Source of the DNA: Betaproteobacteria bacterium
GTDB taxonomy: Bacteria > Pseudomonadota > Gammaproteobacteria > Burkholderiales > WYBJ01
Reading direction: 5' to 3'
Length of the DNA stretch: 64,000 nucleotides
Assembly: GCA_009377585.1 (NCBI GenBank)
Contig: WHTS01000002.1
Span: 414-64,413, forward strand
In this document: piece by piece, positions 55,811 to 64,000 of the stretch
How positions within the stretch are numbered: position 1 is the stretch's first letter
How the letters are laid out: each line of letters begins with the position of its first letter
Notes under the pieces: generated by a model
Told to the model about the DNA's origin: nothing
Seen by the model: only the letters and a program-made list of their open reading frames with translations
Database searches by the model: none
Made by a program: the position numbers and the translations under genes

Positions 55811-56074
55811 GTGACCACCGTCCAATCCATCGAGCACTTGCTGGCGGAGCTCGAACCGGAATCGATCGAGCTTATCGACGATTCGGCGCGCCATGCCGGC
55901 CACGCCGGAGCTCGCAGCGGCGGCGGCCACTACGAGCTGACCGTGGTCTCGCCCCGCTTTGCCGGCAAGTCGCGGCTCGAGCGCCATCGCATGGTGTACA
56001 CGGCCCTCGGGCCCCTCATGCAGCGCGAGATCCACGCGCTGGCCCTGCGCACCTACGCCCCCGGCGAGCTGTGA
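55811..56074 (+). CDS. BolA-family protein
   Basis: 87 aa with LIDDSARHAGHAG and the FxGxSxLxRHR pattern (FAGKSRLERHRMV). GTG start. Confidence 0.8.
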   Translation: MTTVQSIEHLLAELEPESIELIDDSARHAGHAGARSGGGHYELTVVSPRFAGKSRLERHRMVYTALGPLMQREIHALALRTYAPGEL

Positions 56075-56098
56075 AATCCATTCTCTAAAGGAAAGTCG

Positions 56099-56920
56099 AT
56101 GAAAACGTATTTCTCCCTGCTGCTCGGCATGCCGCTGGCAGCCATGCTCGTCGCCCTGCCGGTGTCCGCGCAGGACAAGGGGGCCGGGGCGCCAGCCCAG
56201 AACGGAACGATCGCCACCGTGAACGGCAAGCCCATTTCGCAAGCGAGGCTGGAGATCCTGGTGCGCGAACGCGTGGCCCAGGGACAGGAGGATTCGCCGG
56301 AGCTGCGCAGCTTCCTCAAGCAGGAGCTCATCAACCGCGAGGTGCTGCAGCAGGAATCGGTGAAGCGCGGGCTGGACAAGAACGAGCAGGTCATGCTGCA
56401 GCTCGAAATGGTGCGCCAGGGCGTGCTGGTGGCCGCATTCCTGCAGGATCACCTGCGCAAGAACCAGCCGAACGAGGCTACCCTCAAGAGCGAGTACGAA
56501 CGCATCAAGGCCCAGCAGGGCGACAAGGAGTATCGCGCCCGGCACATCCTGGTGAAGACCGAAGAGGAAGCGAAGGATGCGCTCGCGCAGCTCGCCAAGG
56601 GCACCAAGTTCGAAGCGATCGCATCGGAGAAATCCCTCGACACGGGCTCGAAGGCCAACGGCGGTGACTTGAACTGGGCGCCGCCGGGACGCTATGTCAA
56701 ACCCTTTGCCGAAGCCCTCACCAAGCTCAAGAAGGGCGAGACCACCAAGACCCCGGTGCAGACCCAGTTCGGCTGGCATGTCATCCAGCTGCAGGACGAG
56801 CGTCCCCTCAAGGTGCCGACCTACGACGAGGCAAAGAAGCAGCTCGTCCAGATGATGAGCCAGCAATCGCTGCAAAAGCTGGTCGCGGACCTGCGCGCGA
56901 AGGCGAAGATCTCCGAGTAG
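56099..56920 (+). CDS. Periplasmic parvulin-type peptidyl-prolyl cis-trans isomerase
   Basis: 273 aa with a signal peptide ending VSAQ and a rotamase domain (ARHILVKTEEEA...GGDLNW...FGWHVIQL). Confidence 0.85.
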   Translation: MKTYFSLLLGMPLAAMLVALPVSAQDKGAGAPAQNGTIATVNGKPISQARLEILVRERVAQGQEDSPELRSFLKQELINREVLQQESVKRGLDKNEQVMLQLEMVRQGVLVAAFLQDHLRKNQPNEATLKSEYERIKAQQGDKEYRARHILVKTEEEAKDALAQLAKGTKFEAIASEKSLDTGSKANGGDLNWAPPGRYVKPFAEALTKLKKGETTKTPVQTQFGWHVIQLQDERPLKVPTYDEAKKQLVQMMSQQSLQKLVADLRAKAKISE

Positions 56921-56943
56921 CACCACCACAAAGGGCGACGGTC

Positions 56944-57732
56944 ATGACAAACGACAAGATTCTTGCATCCAAGCGCGACGGCATCGGTTCGCTCGTGTTC
57001 AACCACCCGGAGAAGCGCAACGCCCTCTCGCCCGATATGGCGCTCGCCGCGGCCGACGCCATCGAGGATTTCGCCCAGGATGCGAACGTGCGCGTGATCG
57101 TCCTCTCCGGCGCCGGCGACAAGGCCTTCGTCTCCGGCGGCGACATTTCGCGCTTCGAGGCCGAGCGCGCGACCCCGGAGCAAATGGCCGAGTACAGCAG
57201 GAAGTCGGCTCGCTTCCGTACCGCCTTGATCGGCGTCGGCAAGCCGACGATCGCCATGATCCGCGGCTACTGCCTGGGAGGCGGCCTGGCGGTCGCCCTC
57301 AACTGCGACCTGCGCTTCTGTGCCGAGGACTCGCAATTCGGCATTCCTGCAGCCCGTCTCGGCATCGGCTACGGCGCCGAGCGCCTGACTCAGCTCGTGC
57401 ACCTGGTCGGTCCATCGGTGGCCAAGGACATTTTGTTCAGCGGACGGCGCTTGAACGCGCCCGAAGCTCTGCGTGTGGGATTGGTCAATCAGGTGATGGC
57501 GGCTTCCGCGCTGGCTGATCACGTCGACAAGTACGCAGCCACGCTGGTCGCGAACGCACCGCTGTCGATCATCGCGTCCAAGCGCGTGATCGACGAAATC
57601 GTGAAGGACGCGCAGGACAGAAACCGCGCGCTGTGCGAAAAGGTCATCGCCGATTGCTTCGCCAGCCAGGACTACATCGAAGGCCGGCGCGCGTTCATGG
57701 AGAAGCGCAAGCCCGCCTTCACCGGCAGTTAG
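56944..57732 (+). CDS. Enoyl-CoA hydratase/isomerase (crotonase) family protein
   Basis: 262 aa with NHPEKRNALS, GAGDKAFVSGGD and GYCLGGGLAVALNCD. Confidence 0.9.
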   Translation: MTNDKILASKRDGIGSLVFNHPEKRNALSPDMALAAADAIEDFAQDANVRVIVLSGAGDKAFVSGGDISRFEAERATPEQMAEYSRKSARFRTALIGVGKPTIAMIRGYCLGGGLAVALNCDLRFCAEDSQFGIPAARLGIGYGAERLTQLVHLVGPSVAKDILFSGRRLNAPEALRVGLVNQVMAASALADHVDKYAATLVANAPLSIIASKRVIDEIVKDAQDRNRALCEKVIADCFASQDYIEGRRAFMEKRKPAFTGS

Positions 57733-57738
57733 CCGGCA

Positions 57739-60700
57739 TCAACCGACCCACACCCGCGCGTTGCGGAATAGCCGCATCCAGGGTGAATCCTCCCGCCACT
57801 CGTGCGGGTGCCATGAGAACTGCACCGCGCGGAACGAGCGTTCGGGGTGCGGCATCACGATGGTGATGCGGCCATCGGGCGTGGTGAGCCCGGTGATTCC
57901 CTCGGGCGAGCCGTTGGGATTGTACGGATAGATCGTCGCCGCTTCGCCGTGATGGTCGACGTAGCGCAGGCTCACGAGCGCCCGGGCGCGCTCGAGTTGC
58001 GCAAGAGAGCCGAACTCGGCATAGCCCTCGCCGTGCGAAACCACGATCGGCATGCGGCTCCCCGCCATGCCGGCGAACAGGATGGAAGGCGACTCGGGCA
58101 CCGCCACTTCCACCAGGCGCGCCTCGAACTGCTCCGAGCGGTTGCGCACGAAGTGCGGCCAGTGCTCTGCGCCGGGGACGATCTCGTGCAGATTGCTGAA
58201 CATCTGGCAGCCATTGCACACGCCGAGGGCGAACACATCCGGGCGCGCGAAGAACGCTTCGAATTCGCTGCGGGCCCTGGGATTGAACAGGATCGACTTG
58301 GCCCAGCCCTCGCCTGCCCCCAGCACGTCGCCATAGGAGAATCCGCCGCAAGCCGCCAGGCCGCGGAAACCCGCGAGCGCCACTCGTCCCGCAATGACGT
58401 CGCTCATGTGCACGTCGATCGCTTCGAACCCTGCGCGATCGAACGCCGCGGCCATCTCCATGTGTCCGTTGACGCCCTGCTCGCGCAGGATCGCGACGCG
58501 CGGGCGGACGCCGCGGTTGATGTAGGGGGCGGCAATGTCCTCGTCCGGATCGTAGTCGAGACGCGCGTGCAAGCCCGAATCGTCGTTTGCCAGAGCGCGA
58601 TCGAACTCTTCCTGCGCGCACTCGGGATGATCGCGCAGCGCCTGCATGCGATAGCTCGTCTCCGACCAGATGCGCTTCAACGCGGGGCGCGTGCGCTCGT
58701 ACACGACCTGGCCGCCGCAGTCGATCGAGAGCGTATCGGTAGCGCTCGGCGTGCCGACGGGATGAACGCAAGCGCCGAGACCGGCCGCGACGAAGCGCAT
58801 GATGATGTCGGCCTCGCGCGCGGCTTCCACCTGGAAGACCGCGCCCAGCTCCTCGTTGAAGAGCATCTCGAGCACACGGGCACTGCCGGCCAGCGGCGGC
58901 AATTGCAGGCGCACGCCGCAATGCCCGGCGAACATCATCTCGCACACGGTCGCAATCAGTCCACCGTCGGAGCGATCGTGGTACGCGAGGATCAAGCCCT
59001 CGCGTATGCTGTCCGAGACGATTTCGAAGAAGTGCTTGAAGCGATCCGCGTCGTCCAAGTCAGGTACCCGGCCGCCGAAGGCGCCATGGACCTGGGCCAG
59101 CGCCGAGCCGCCGAGGCGGTTCTTGCCGCAGCCGAGGTCGATGAGCACCAGTACCGTGTCGCCGCAATCGGTGCGAAGCTGCGGCGTGCAGGCCGGCCGC
59201 ACGTCCGCAAGCGGCGCGAACGCCGAAATGATCGGCGATACCGGCGAAACTACCGCTTTGTCTTCGCCGTCCTGCCGCCAGGCCACCTTCATCGACAGCG
59301 AATCCTTGCCGACCGGTATGCTCACGCCGAGCCGCGGACACAGTTCCATGCCGATCGCATGCACCGCATCGTACAGCGCCGCGTCCTCTCCCGGATGACC
59401 CGCTGCGGCCATCCAGTTGGCGGAGAGCTTCACCTGGTCGAGACGCTCGACGCCGGCCGCAACGATATTGGTCAGCGCCTCGCCGACTGCCATGCGGGCG
59501 GCGGCGGCGGCATTCGCCACCGCGAGCGGCGTGCGCTCGCCCAGCGCGAACGCCTCGCCCCGACAGGTATCGAACCCAAGCACGGTAACGGCGCAGTCTG
59601 CGACCGGAACCTGCCACGGCCCCACCATCGGGTCGCGCACGCACAATCCGCCCACCGTGCGATCGGCGATGGTCACGAGGAAGGTCTTGTCGGCGACTGC
59701 GGGAAAGCGCAGCACTTTCTCGATCGCGTCCTCCAACTCGATCGAGCCCGAATCGAACTGCGGCGGCGAAACGCTGCGATGGGATACGTCGCGATGCATG
59801 CGCGGCGGTTTGCCGAGGAGCACGCTCAGCGCCATGTCCACCGCCGCTTGCTGGAATAGCGGATCGTCCACGCGCAGTCGCTCGTCGGCGCTTGCCGTGC
59901 CGAGCACCGCGAACGGGCAGCGCTCGCGCTCGCAGATGGCACGGAACGCTGCCAGGGCGGCCGGATCGATGGCGAGAACGTAGCGCTCCTGCGCCTCGTT
60001 GCACCAGATCTGCAGTGGCGACATGCCCGGCTCTTCCGAGGGCACGTTGCGCAAATCCAGCAGCGCGCCGCGCCCGGCGCCATGCACCAGTTCGGGCAGC
60101 GCATTGGAAAGCCCGCCGGCACCCACGTCGTGAATCGAGAGTATCGGATTGCGTTCACCGAGCGCCCAGCAGCGGTCGATCACCTCCTGCGCGCGGCGCT
60201 GGATCTCGGCGTTGTCGCGCTGGACCGAATCGTAGTCGAGCGCCTCGGTGTTGGTGCCCGCATGCAGGCTCGATGCCGCTCCGCCGCCCAACCCGATCCG
60301 CATGCCGGGGCCGCCCAACTGGATCAGCAGCGCACCGGGTGCAAACGCCTGTTTGGCGCATTGCGCGGCATCGATATTGCCCAGTCCGCCCGCGAGCATG
60401 ATCGGCTTGTGGTAGCCGCACATTTGCGCGCCCAGCACGAGCTCGAAGGTGCGGAAATAGCCGCACAGGTTCGGGCGGCCGAACTCGTTGTTGAATGCCG
60501 CACCGCCGATCGGTCCCTCGAGCATGATCTGCAGCGGCGACGCGATCCGCGCCGGGCGGCCGTAATCGAGCGCTTCCCACGGTTGCTCGAAGCCCGGTAT
60601 GCGCAGATGCGAGACGCTGAAGCCGGTCAGTCCGGCCTTGGGCTTCGCGCCCCGGCCGGTGGCGCCCTCGTCGCGAATCTCGCCGCCCGAGCCGGTCGCC

Positions 60701-61686
60701 GCGCCCGGATACGGGGAAATCGCGGTCGGGTGGTTGTGCGTCTCGACTTTCATGACGGTATGCACGAGCCCCTCGGCATAGCGGTAGCGGCCGTCGGCGT
60801 CGGGATGGAAGCGCCGATGGCTCGCGCCCTGCATGACGGCCGAGTTGTCGGCATAGGCGATCACCGTGCCTTGCGGATTCGCTGCATGGGAATTGCGAAT
60901 CATGTCGAACAGCGTGTGGGGCTGCGCCACCGCGTCGATCGTCCAGTGCGCGTTGAAGATCTTGTGCCGGCAATGCTCGGAATTCGCTTGCGCGAACATC
61001 ATCAGCTCGACATCGGTGGGATTGCGCCCTGCGGCGGCGAACGCATCGAGCAGGTAGTCGACCTCGTCCTCCGAGAGCGCCAGGCCGAAGTCGGCGTTCG
61101 CGCGCACCAGGGCGTCACGGCCGCCTCCGAGCAAGTCGATGTGCGCAAGCGGCTGCGGCGCGAAGTGGCGGAAAAGATCGCCCGCGCAATCGAGATCCGG
61201 CAGCACCGTCTGGGTCATCCGGTCGTGGATCACAGGGTCGAGCGCGGCGAGCTCCCGCGCGCTCAGCGCAGTACCATCGCCGACGAAGTGAAATGCGGTG
61301 CCCCGTTCGATGCGCTCGACCGCGTCGAGCGCGCATTGGCGCAGGATGTCGCCGGCTTTCGAAGACCAGGGCGAGACCGTGCCGAGCCTCGGCACCACCA
61401 GGCGCATCTGGCCATGCTCGGCGGATGCCTCACTCCGGCCATGCTCGGCGGATGCCTCACTCCGGCCATGCTCGGCGGATGCCTCGCGTGCGGGTCCGTA
61501 GGTCAGGATGCGTTCGAGGCGTGCCCGCTCGTCGGGACGCAGCGCGCGCGCCGCGCAGACGAAGTGCCAATGCTCGGCATGCAAGGCTGTCAGCCGCGGT
61601 ACCCGCGCCTGGCTGGCGCGCAACAACCCGGCCAGTCGAAACGCGGAGAAGGCGCAACGCCCGCGCAGCCTCAGCAATTCGGACAT
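57739..61686 (-). CDS. purL: Phosphoribosylformylglycinamidine synthase (single-chain large PurL)
   Basis: ~1315 aa with the N-terminal domain, the FGAM synthetase core and the C-terminal glutaminase (GVCNGCQM). ATG 61686 is preferred over the TTG at 61704. Confidence 0.95.
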   Translation of the reverse strand: MSELLRLRGRCAFSAFRLAGLLRASQARVPRLTALHAEHWHFVCAARALRPDERARLERILTYGPAREASAEHGRSEASAEHGRSEASAEHGQMRLVVPRLGTVSPWSSKAGDILRQCALDAVERIERGTAFHFVGDGTALSARELAALDPVIHDRMTQTVLPDLDCAGDLFRHFAPQPLAHIDLLGGGRDALVRANADFGLALSEDEVDYLLDAFAAAGRNPTDVELMMFAQANSEHCRHKIFNAHWTIDAVAQPHTLFDMIRNSHAANPQGTVIAYADNSAVMQGASHRRFHPDADGRYRYAEGLVHTVMKVETHNHPTAISPYPGAATGSGGEIRDEGATGRGAKPKAGLTGFSVSHLRIPGFEQPWEALDYGRPARIASPLQIMLEGPIGGAAFNNEFGRPNLCGYFRTFELVLGAQMCGYHKPIMLAGGLGNIDAAQCAKQAFAPGALLIQLGGPGMRIGLGGGAASSLHAGTNTEALDYDSVQRDNAEIQRRAQEVIDRCWALGERNPILSIHDVGAGGLSNALPELVHGAGRGALLDLRNVPSEEPGMSPLQIWCNEAQERYVLAIDPAALAAFRAICERERCPFAVLGTASADERLRVDDPLFQQAAVDMALSVLLGKPPRMHRDVSHRSVSPPQFDSGSIELEDAIEKVLRFPAVADKTFLVTIADRTVGGLCVRDPMVGPWQVPVADCAVTVLGFDTCRGEAFALGERTPLAVANAAAAARMAVGEALTNIVAAGVERLDQVKLSANWMAAAGHPGEDAALYDAVHAIGMELCPRLGVSIPVGKDSLSMKVAWRQDGEDKAVVSPVSPIISAFAPLADVRPACTPQLRTDCGDTVLVLIDLGCGKNRLGGSALAQVHGAFGGRVPDLDDADRFKHFFEIVSDSIREGLILAYHDRSDGGLIATVCEMMFAGHCGVRLQLPPLAGSARVLEMLFNEELGAVFQVEAAREADIIMRFVAAGLGACVHPVGTPSATDTLSIDCGGQVVYERTRPALKRIWSETSYRMQALRDHPECAQEEFDRALANDDSGLHARLDYDPDEDIAAPYINRGVRPRVAILREQGVNGHMEMAAAFDRAGFEAIDVHMSDVIAGRVALAGFRGLAACGGFSYGDVLGAGEGWAKSILFNPRARSEFEAFFARPDVFALGVCNGCQMFSNLHEIVPGAEHWPHFVRNRSEQFEARLVEVAVPESPSILFAGMAGSRMPIVVSHGEGYAEFGSLAQLERARALVSLRYVDHHGEAATIYPYNPNGSPEGITGLTTPDGRITIVMPHPERSFRAVQFSWHPHEWREDSPWMRLFRNARVWVG
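61411..61491 (-). repeat. In-frame 27-bp tandem repeat x3 inside purL (encodes SEASAEHGR x3)
   Basis: Units at 61411, 61438 and 61465 read directly. They lie in the linker before the conserved [13 protein letters not shown] segment. Confidence 0.9.
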
Positions 61687-61779
61687 CGGTGTGGCGCTCG
61701 GCAAATGTTGGATTTTACACCAGGCACCCGCGCGGACGTTTAAACTCGCCTACGCCAGGCACGCGAGCCCTTCAAGATC

Positions 61780-63276
61780 ATGCCCCGAGAACAGGCCAAG
61801 CCCCGAGCGCTTTATCTCACGCGCGAAATTCGGGCAGTCGAACAGCATTATCTTTCGCTGCCTGCCCCGGAACCGCTGATGGAGCGAGCCGGCCGTGCGA
61901 CCGCCGAGCTCGCACGCGACCTGATGGGCGACCAGGGCGCATCGGTGCTGGTGTTCGCCGGTCCGGGCAACAACGGCGGCGATGCTTTCGTCGCGGCACG
62001 CTATCTGAAGCAGTGGTGGTATCGCGTCGCGGTCGTGTTCCAGGGCGATCCGTTCAAGCTCTCGGGCGATGCCGCCGCGGCCATGCAGACGTGGCGCGAT
62101 GGCGGCGGCGACGTGCACGACCTGGTGCCGAGCGATCGGCGCTGGGACCTCGTCATCGATGGCCTGTTCGGCATCGGGCTCACGCGCGAGTTGGCCGAAA
62201 AGCCCGCCGAGCTGGTCACGTTCATCAATGAGCTGGGCCTGCCGGTGTTGTCGATCGACATCCCGAGCGGGCTCGATGCGGATACCGGCCGTGTCATGGG
62301 CCGGGCGGTGCGCGCAGCCCACACGGTGACATTCATCGGGCTCAAGCCGGGTCTTTTCACCCACGACGGCGTGGATCACTGCGGCACGGTGCACCTGCGA
62401 ACGCTCGACGTCGATGCAGCTGCCGTGGTCGCCACCACCGGCAGCGTCCTGGACGAATCGGTCCTCGCGGCCATGCTGCCGCCGCGTAAAGCCAACTCCC
62501 ACAAGGGCACGTTCGGCAGCCTGGGCATCGTCGGCGGCGCGGCCGGCATGGTGGGCGCGGCATGGCTTGCCGGACGCTCGGCATTGCACCTGGGCACGGG
62601 ACGCGTCTACGTCGGATCGATCGATAGCGCGGCGCCATCGATCGATCCGATGCAACCCGAGCTCATGCTGCGGCAAGCCGACGCCGTGCTCAAGCTGGAC
62701 CACTTGAGCGCGCTCGCCGTGGGGCCGGGCTTGGGACAGTCGGCCGCGGCCAAGGGACTGCTCAAGAACGCCATCCGGGCCAATCTGCCGGCAGTGTTCG
62801 ATGCCGACGCGCTCAACCTGCTCGCGCAGGAAGCCATCATGCGGCGCGCATTCATCCGGCGCGCCGCGCCCACGGTCATCACGCCGCATCCCGCGGAAGC
62901 GGCCCGGTTGCTGAACTGTCCGACCGCGCAGGTGCAGAACGACCGCATCGAGGCGGCGCGCGTTCTGGCTGTTCGCCTGAAATGCGAGGTCGTGCTCAAG
63001 GGCGCCGGCAGCATCTGCGCTTCGCCGGACCGGAGCTACCGGATCAACACCAGCGGCAATCCGGGCCTTGCCTCCGCGGGCCAGGGCGACGTGCTCACCG
63101 GCATGGTCGGTGCCTTCCTGGCTCAGGGGCATAGCGCGACAAACGCGTTGCGTGCGGCCGTCTATTTGCATGGTGCGGCCGCGGACGACCTCGTTCGCGC
63201 CGGCACCGGCCCCGTCGGACTGACCGCGAGCGAAGTGATCCTCGCCGCCCGCGACCGGATCAATCGGCGCGACTGA
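61780..63276 (+). CDS. nnr: Bifunctional NAD(P)H-hydrate repair enzyme (epimerase/ADP-dependent dehydratase)
   Basis: 498 aa with an N-terminal YjeF_N domain (GPGNNGGDAFVAAR) and a C-terminal carbohydrate-kinase domain (GPGLG, GDVLTG). Confidence 0.9.
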   Translation: MPREQAKPRALYLTREIRAVEQHYLSLPAPEPLMERAGRATAELARDLMGDQGASVLVFAGPGNNGGDAFVAARYLKQWWYRVAVVFQGDPFKLSGDAAAAMQTWRDGGGDVHDLVPSDRRWDLVIDGLFGIGLTRELAEKPAELVTFINELGLPVLSIDIPSGLDADTGRVMGRAVRAAHTVTFIGLKPGLFTHDGVDHCGTVHLRTLDVDAAAVVATTGSVLDESVLAAMLPPRKANSHKGTFGSLGIVGGAAGMVGAAWLAGRSALHLGTGRVYVGSIDSAAPSIDPMQPELMLRQADAVLKLDHLSALAVGPGLGQSAAAKGLLKNAIRANLPAVFDADALNLLAQEAIMRRAFIRRAAPTVITPHPAEAARLLNCPTAQVQNDRIEAARVLAVRLKCEVVLKGAGSICASPDRSYRINTSGNPGLASAGQGDVLTGMVGAFLAQGHSATNALRAAVYLHGAAADDLVRAGTGPVGLTASEVILAARDRINRRD

Positions 63277-63307
63277 AGCTCGCGGCGCTGGCGATGCAGG
63301 AAAAGGG

Positions 63308-63338
63308 GCCAGGCTCGGGCCTGGCTCGATTTTCTTTC
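63308..63338. terminator. Bidirectional terminator between the convergent nnr and crcB genes (GCCAGGC-tcgg-GCCTGGC plus a T-rich tail)
   Basis: Read directly. An A-run lies upstream and TCGATTTTCTTTC downstream. Confidence 0.7.
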
Positions 63339-63369
63339 GAAGGGGTCGGGCACGAATTCTTCGTCGGGC

Positions 63370-63762
63370 TCAGGATGCCGCGAGCCAGCGCACGCAGAAA
63401 ATTCCGGCCACCGTCGCGAGCAGCGAGCCGGCAAGATGGCCTGAAGCGATCAGCAGCGCCGAGCCGTAGTGCGCGCGCAGCAGCGCCGCGACCACTTCCG
63501 CGGAGAAGGTCGAGAAGGTCGTCAAGGCGCCGAGAAAGCCCGTCACCACGAACAGGCGCAGTTCCTCCGACCAGCCGCCATGACGGCCGAACCACTCCAT
63601 CGCCAGCCCGATCAGAAAACCGCCGATGACATTGGCAGCGAGCGTACCGAGCGGCAGCTCAGGCAAGAAGCGGCCGTTCAGCGCGGCTGCGAGGCCCCAG
63701 CGCACCCACGCACCCAGTGCAGCACCCACCCCGACCCCGACGACGGCGGCCGCAGTCACCAC
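63370..63762 (-). CDS. crcB: Fluoride ion channel CrcB/FluC
   Basis: 130 aa with 4 TM segments and conserved GTLAANVIG and GFLGALTTFSTF motifs. Confidence 0.9.
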   Translation of the reverse strand: MVTAAAVVGVGVGAALGAWVRWGLAAALNGRFLPELPLGTLAANVIGGFLIGLAMEWFGRHGGWSEELRLFVVTGFLGALTTFSTFSAEVVAALLRAHYGSALLIASGHLAGSLLATVAGIFCVRWLAAS

Positions 63763-63823
63763 GTCCGTTCGTCCTTCCTTCGCCTCATGCGAACCTCGTG
63801 CTCGATCAGTCCAGCGGTACAGG

Positions 63824-64000
63824 CTAGCCGCGCATCAGCTTCTGCAGCGCGTTGATCTCCTTTGCCGTCGCCGCGGTGGCCATCGCTTCGATCCTGCGAT
63901 AGCGGCGCACGACATCGGCGCCGGCCGGCGTCAACGCCGTACCGCCGCCTTCCCTGCCCCCGGTGGCGGTGGTGATGAGCGGCTGGTTGAAGGCGTGATT
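63824..64000 (-). CDS. ModE-N-terminal-domain-like winged-helix regulator, 3' part (gene continues beyond the window)
   Basis: Hand translation of the minus strand gives ...NHAFNQPLITTATGGREGGGTALTPAGADVVRRYRRIEAMATAATAKEINALQKLMRG*. It resembles the ModE/MopB HTH domain (ATGGKGGGGAxLT). It is absent from the ORF track because its start lies outside the window. Confidence 0.6.
   Translation of the reverse strand, partial: NHAFNQPLITTATGGREGGGTALTPAGADVVRRYRRIEAMATAATAKEINALQKLMRG

Noticed and set aside
63763-63823. Fluoride riboswitch upstream of crcB
   Set aside because: The 61-bp spacer lacks the conserved riboswitch segments by eye and is too short. This should still be confirmed with a covariance model.
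1-64000. tRNA, rRNA, tmRNA, integrase or att-site signatures
   Set aside because: A scan by eye found no GTTCGAATC-type T-arms, rRNA-like conserved blocks or integrase/recombinase ORFs. Absence is by eye only and should be confirmed with tRNAscan-SE/Infernal.

Overview
High-GC (by eye roughly 63-67%) proteobacterial chromosome segment. It looks betaproteobacterial or Burkholderiales-like because it carries Bug/TctC-type binding proteins and the gene order sdhCDAB-sdhE-gltA-sucAB-lpdA-zapE with a divergent mdh; that taxonomic placement is inference only. About 60 genes have sequence support and no tRNA, rRNA or CRISPR array is present. The core is a TCA-cycle supercluster (gltA, acnA, an atypical IDH-family gene, sucA/sucB/lpdA, sdhCDAB+sdhE, mdh). 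Methylcitrate-cycle genes are embedded in it: prpC is overlapped with mdh, followed by prpD, while prpE and acuI lie 15 kb away. Other content: a 7-gene peptide-type ABC importer operon ending in TPR and TauD-family genes, a heterotetrameric-E1 2-oxoacid dehydrogenase operon, housekeeping genes (purL, nnr, msrB, yciB, bolA-like, crcB, hslR, ppk2), and two patchwork regions. Patchwork region 1 (1.5-4.9 kb) holds a truncated Bug gene, a lipoprotein, an IS91-family remnant, and 205-bp direct repeats that are the 5' ends of a small unknown gene. That small gene is paired divergently with an unknown membrane protein. Patchwork region 2 (33.1-43.1 kb) is a roughly 10-kb block of orphan enzymes: RraA/HMG-aldolase-like, a single-Cys arylmalonate-decarboxylase-like protein, a PA4872-type oxaloacetate decarboxylase, an FAD flavoprotein with a 73-aa membrane partner, a PRISE-type SDR, a Bug binding protein, a classical SDR and an LLM monooxygenase. 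Its edges are gene stubs (an aconitase 5' stub and a Ser/Thr kinase stub). Intergenic DNA carries at least four hairpin/REP-like repeat families, one MITE-like composite, and several tandem duplications that touch gene ends (E2 3' end, ATPase junction, purL N-terminal linker, msrB upstream region). I did not see a clear-cut new defence or mobile system. The most promising unknowns are the orphan-enzyme block, the two-gene membrane/small-protein module beside the IS91 remnant, the IDH-family enzyme with a replaced substrate loop, and a transcription-oriented heptad-repeat element in two intercistronic spacers. All family assignments rest on motif recognition by eye and no database search was run.
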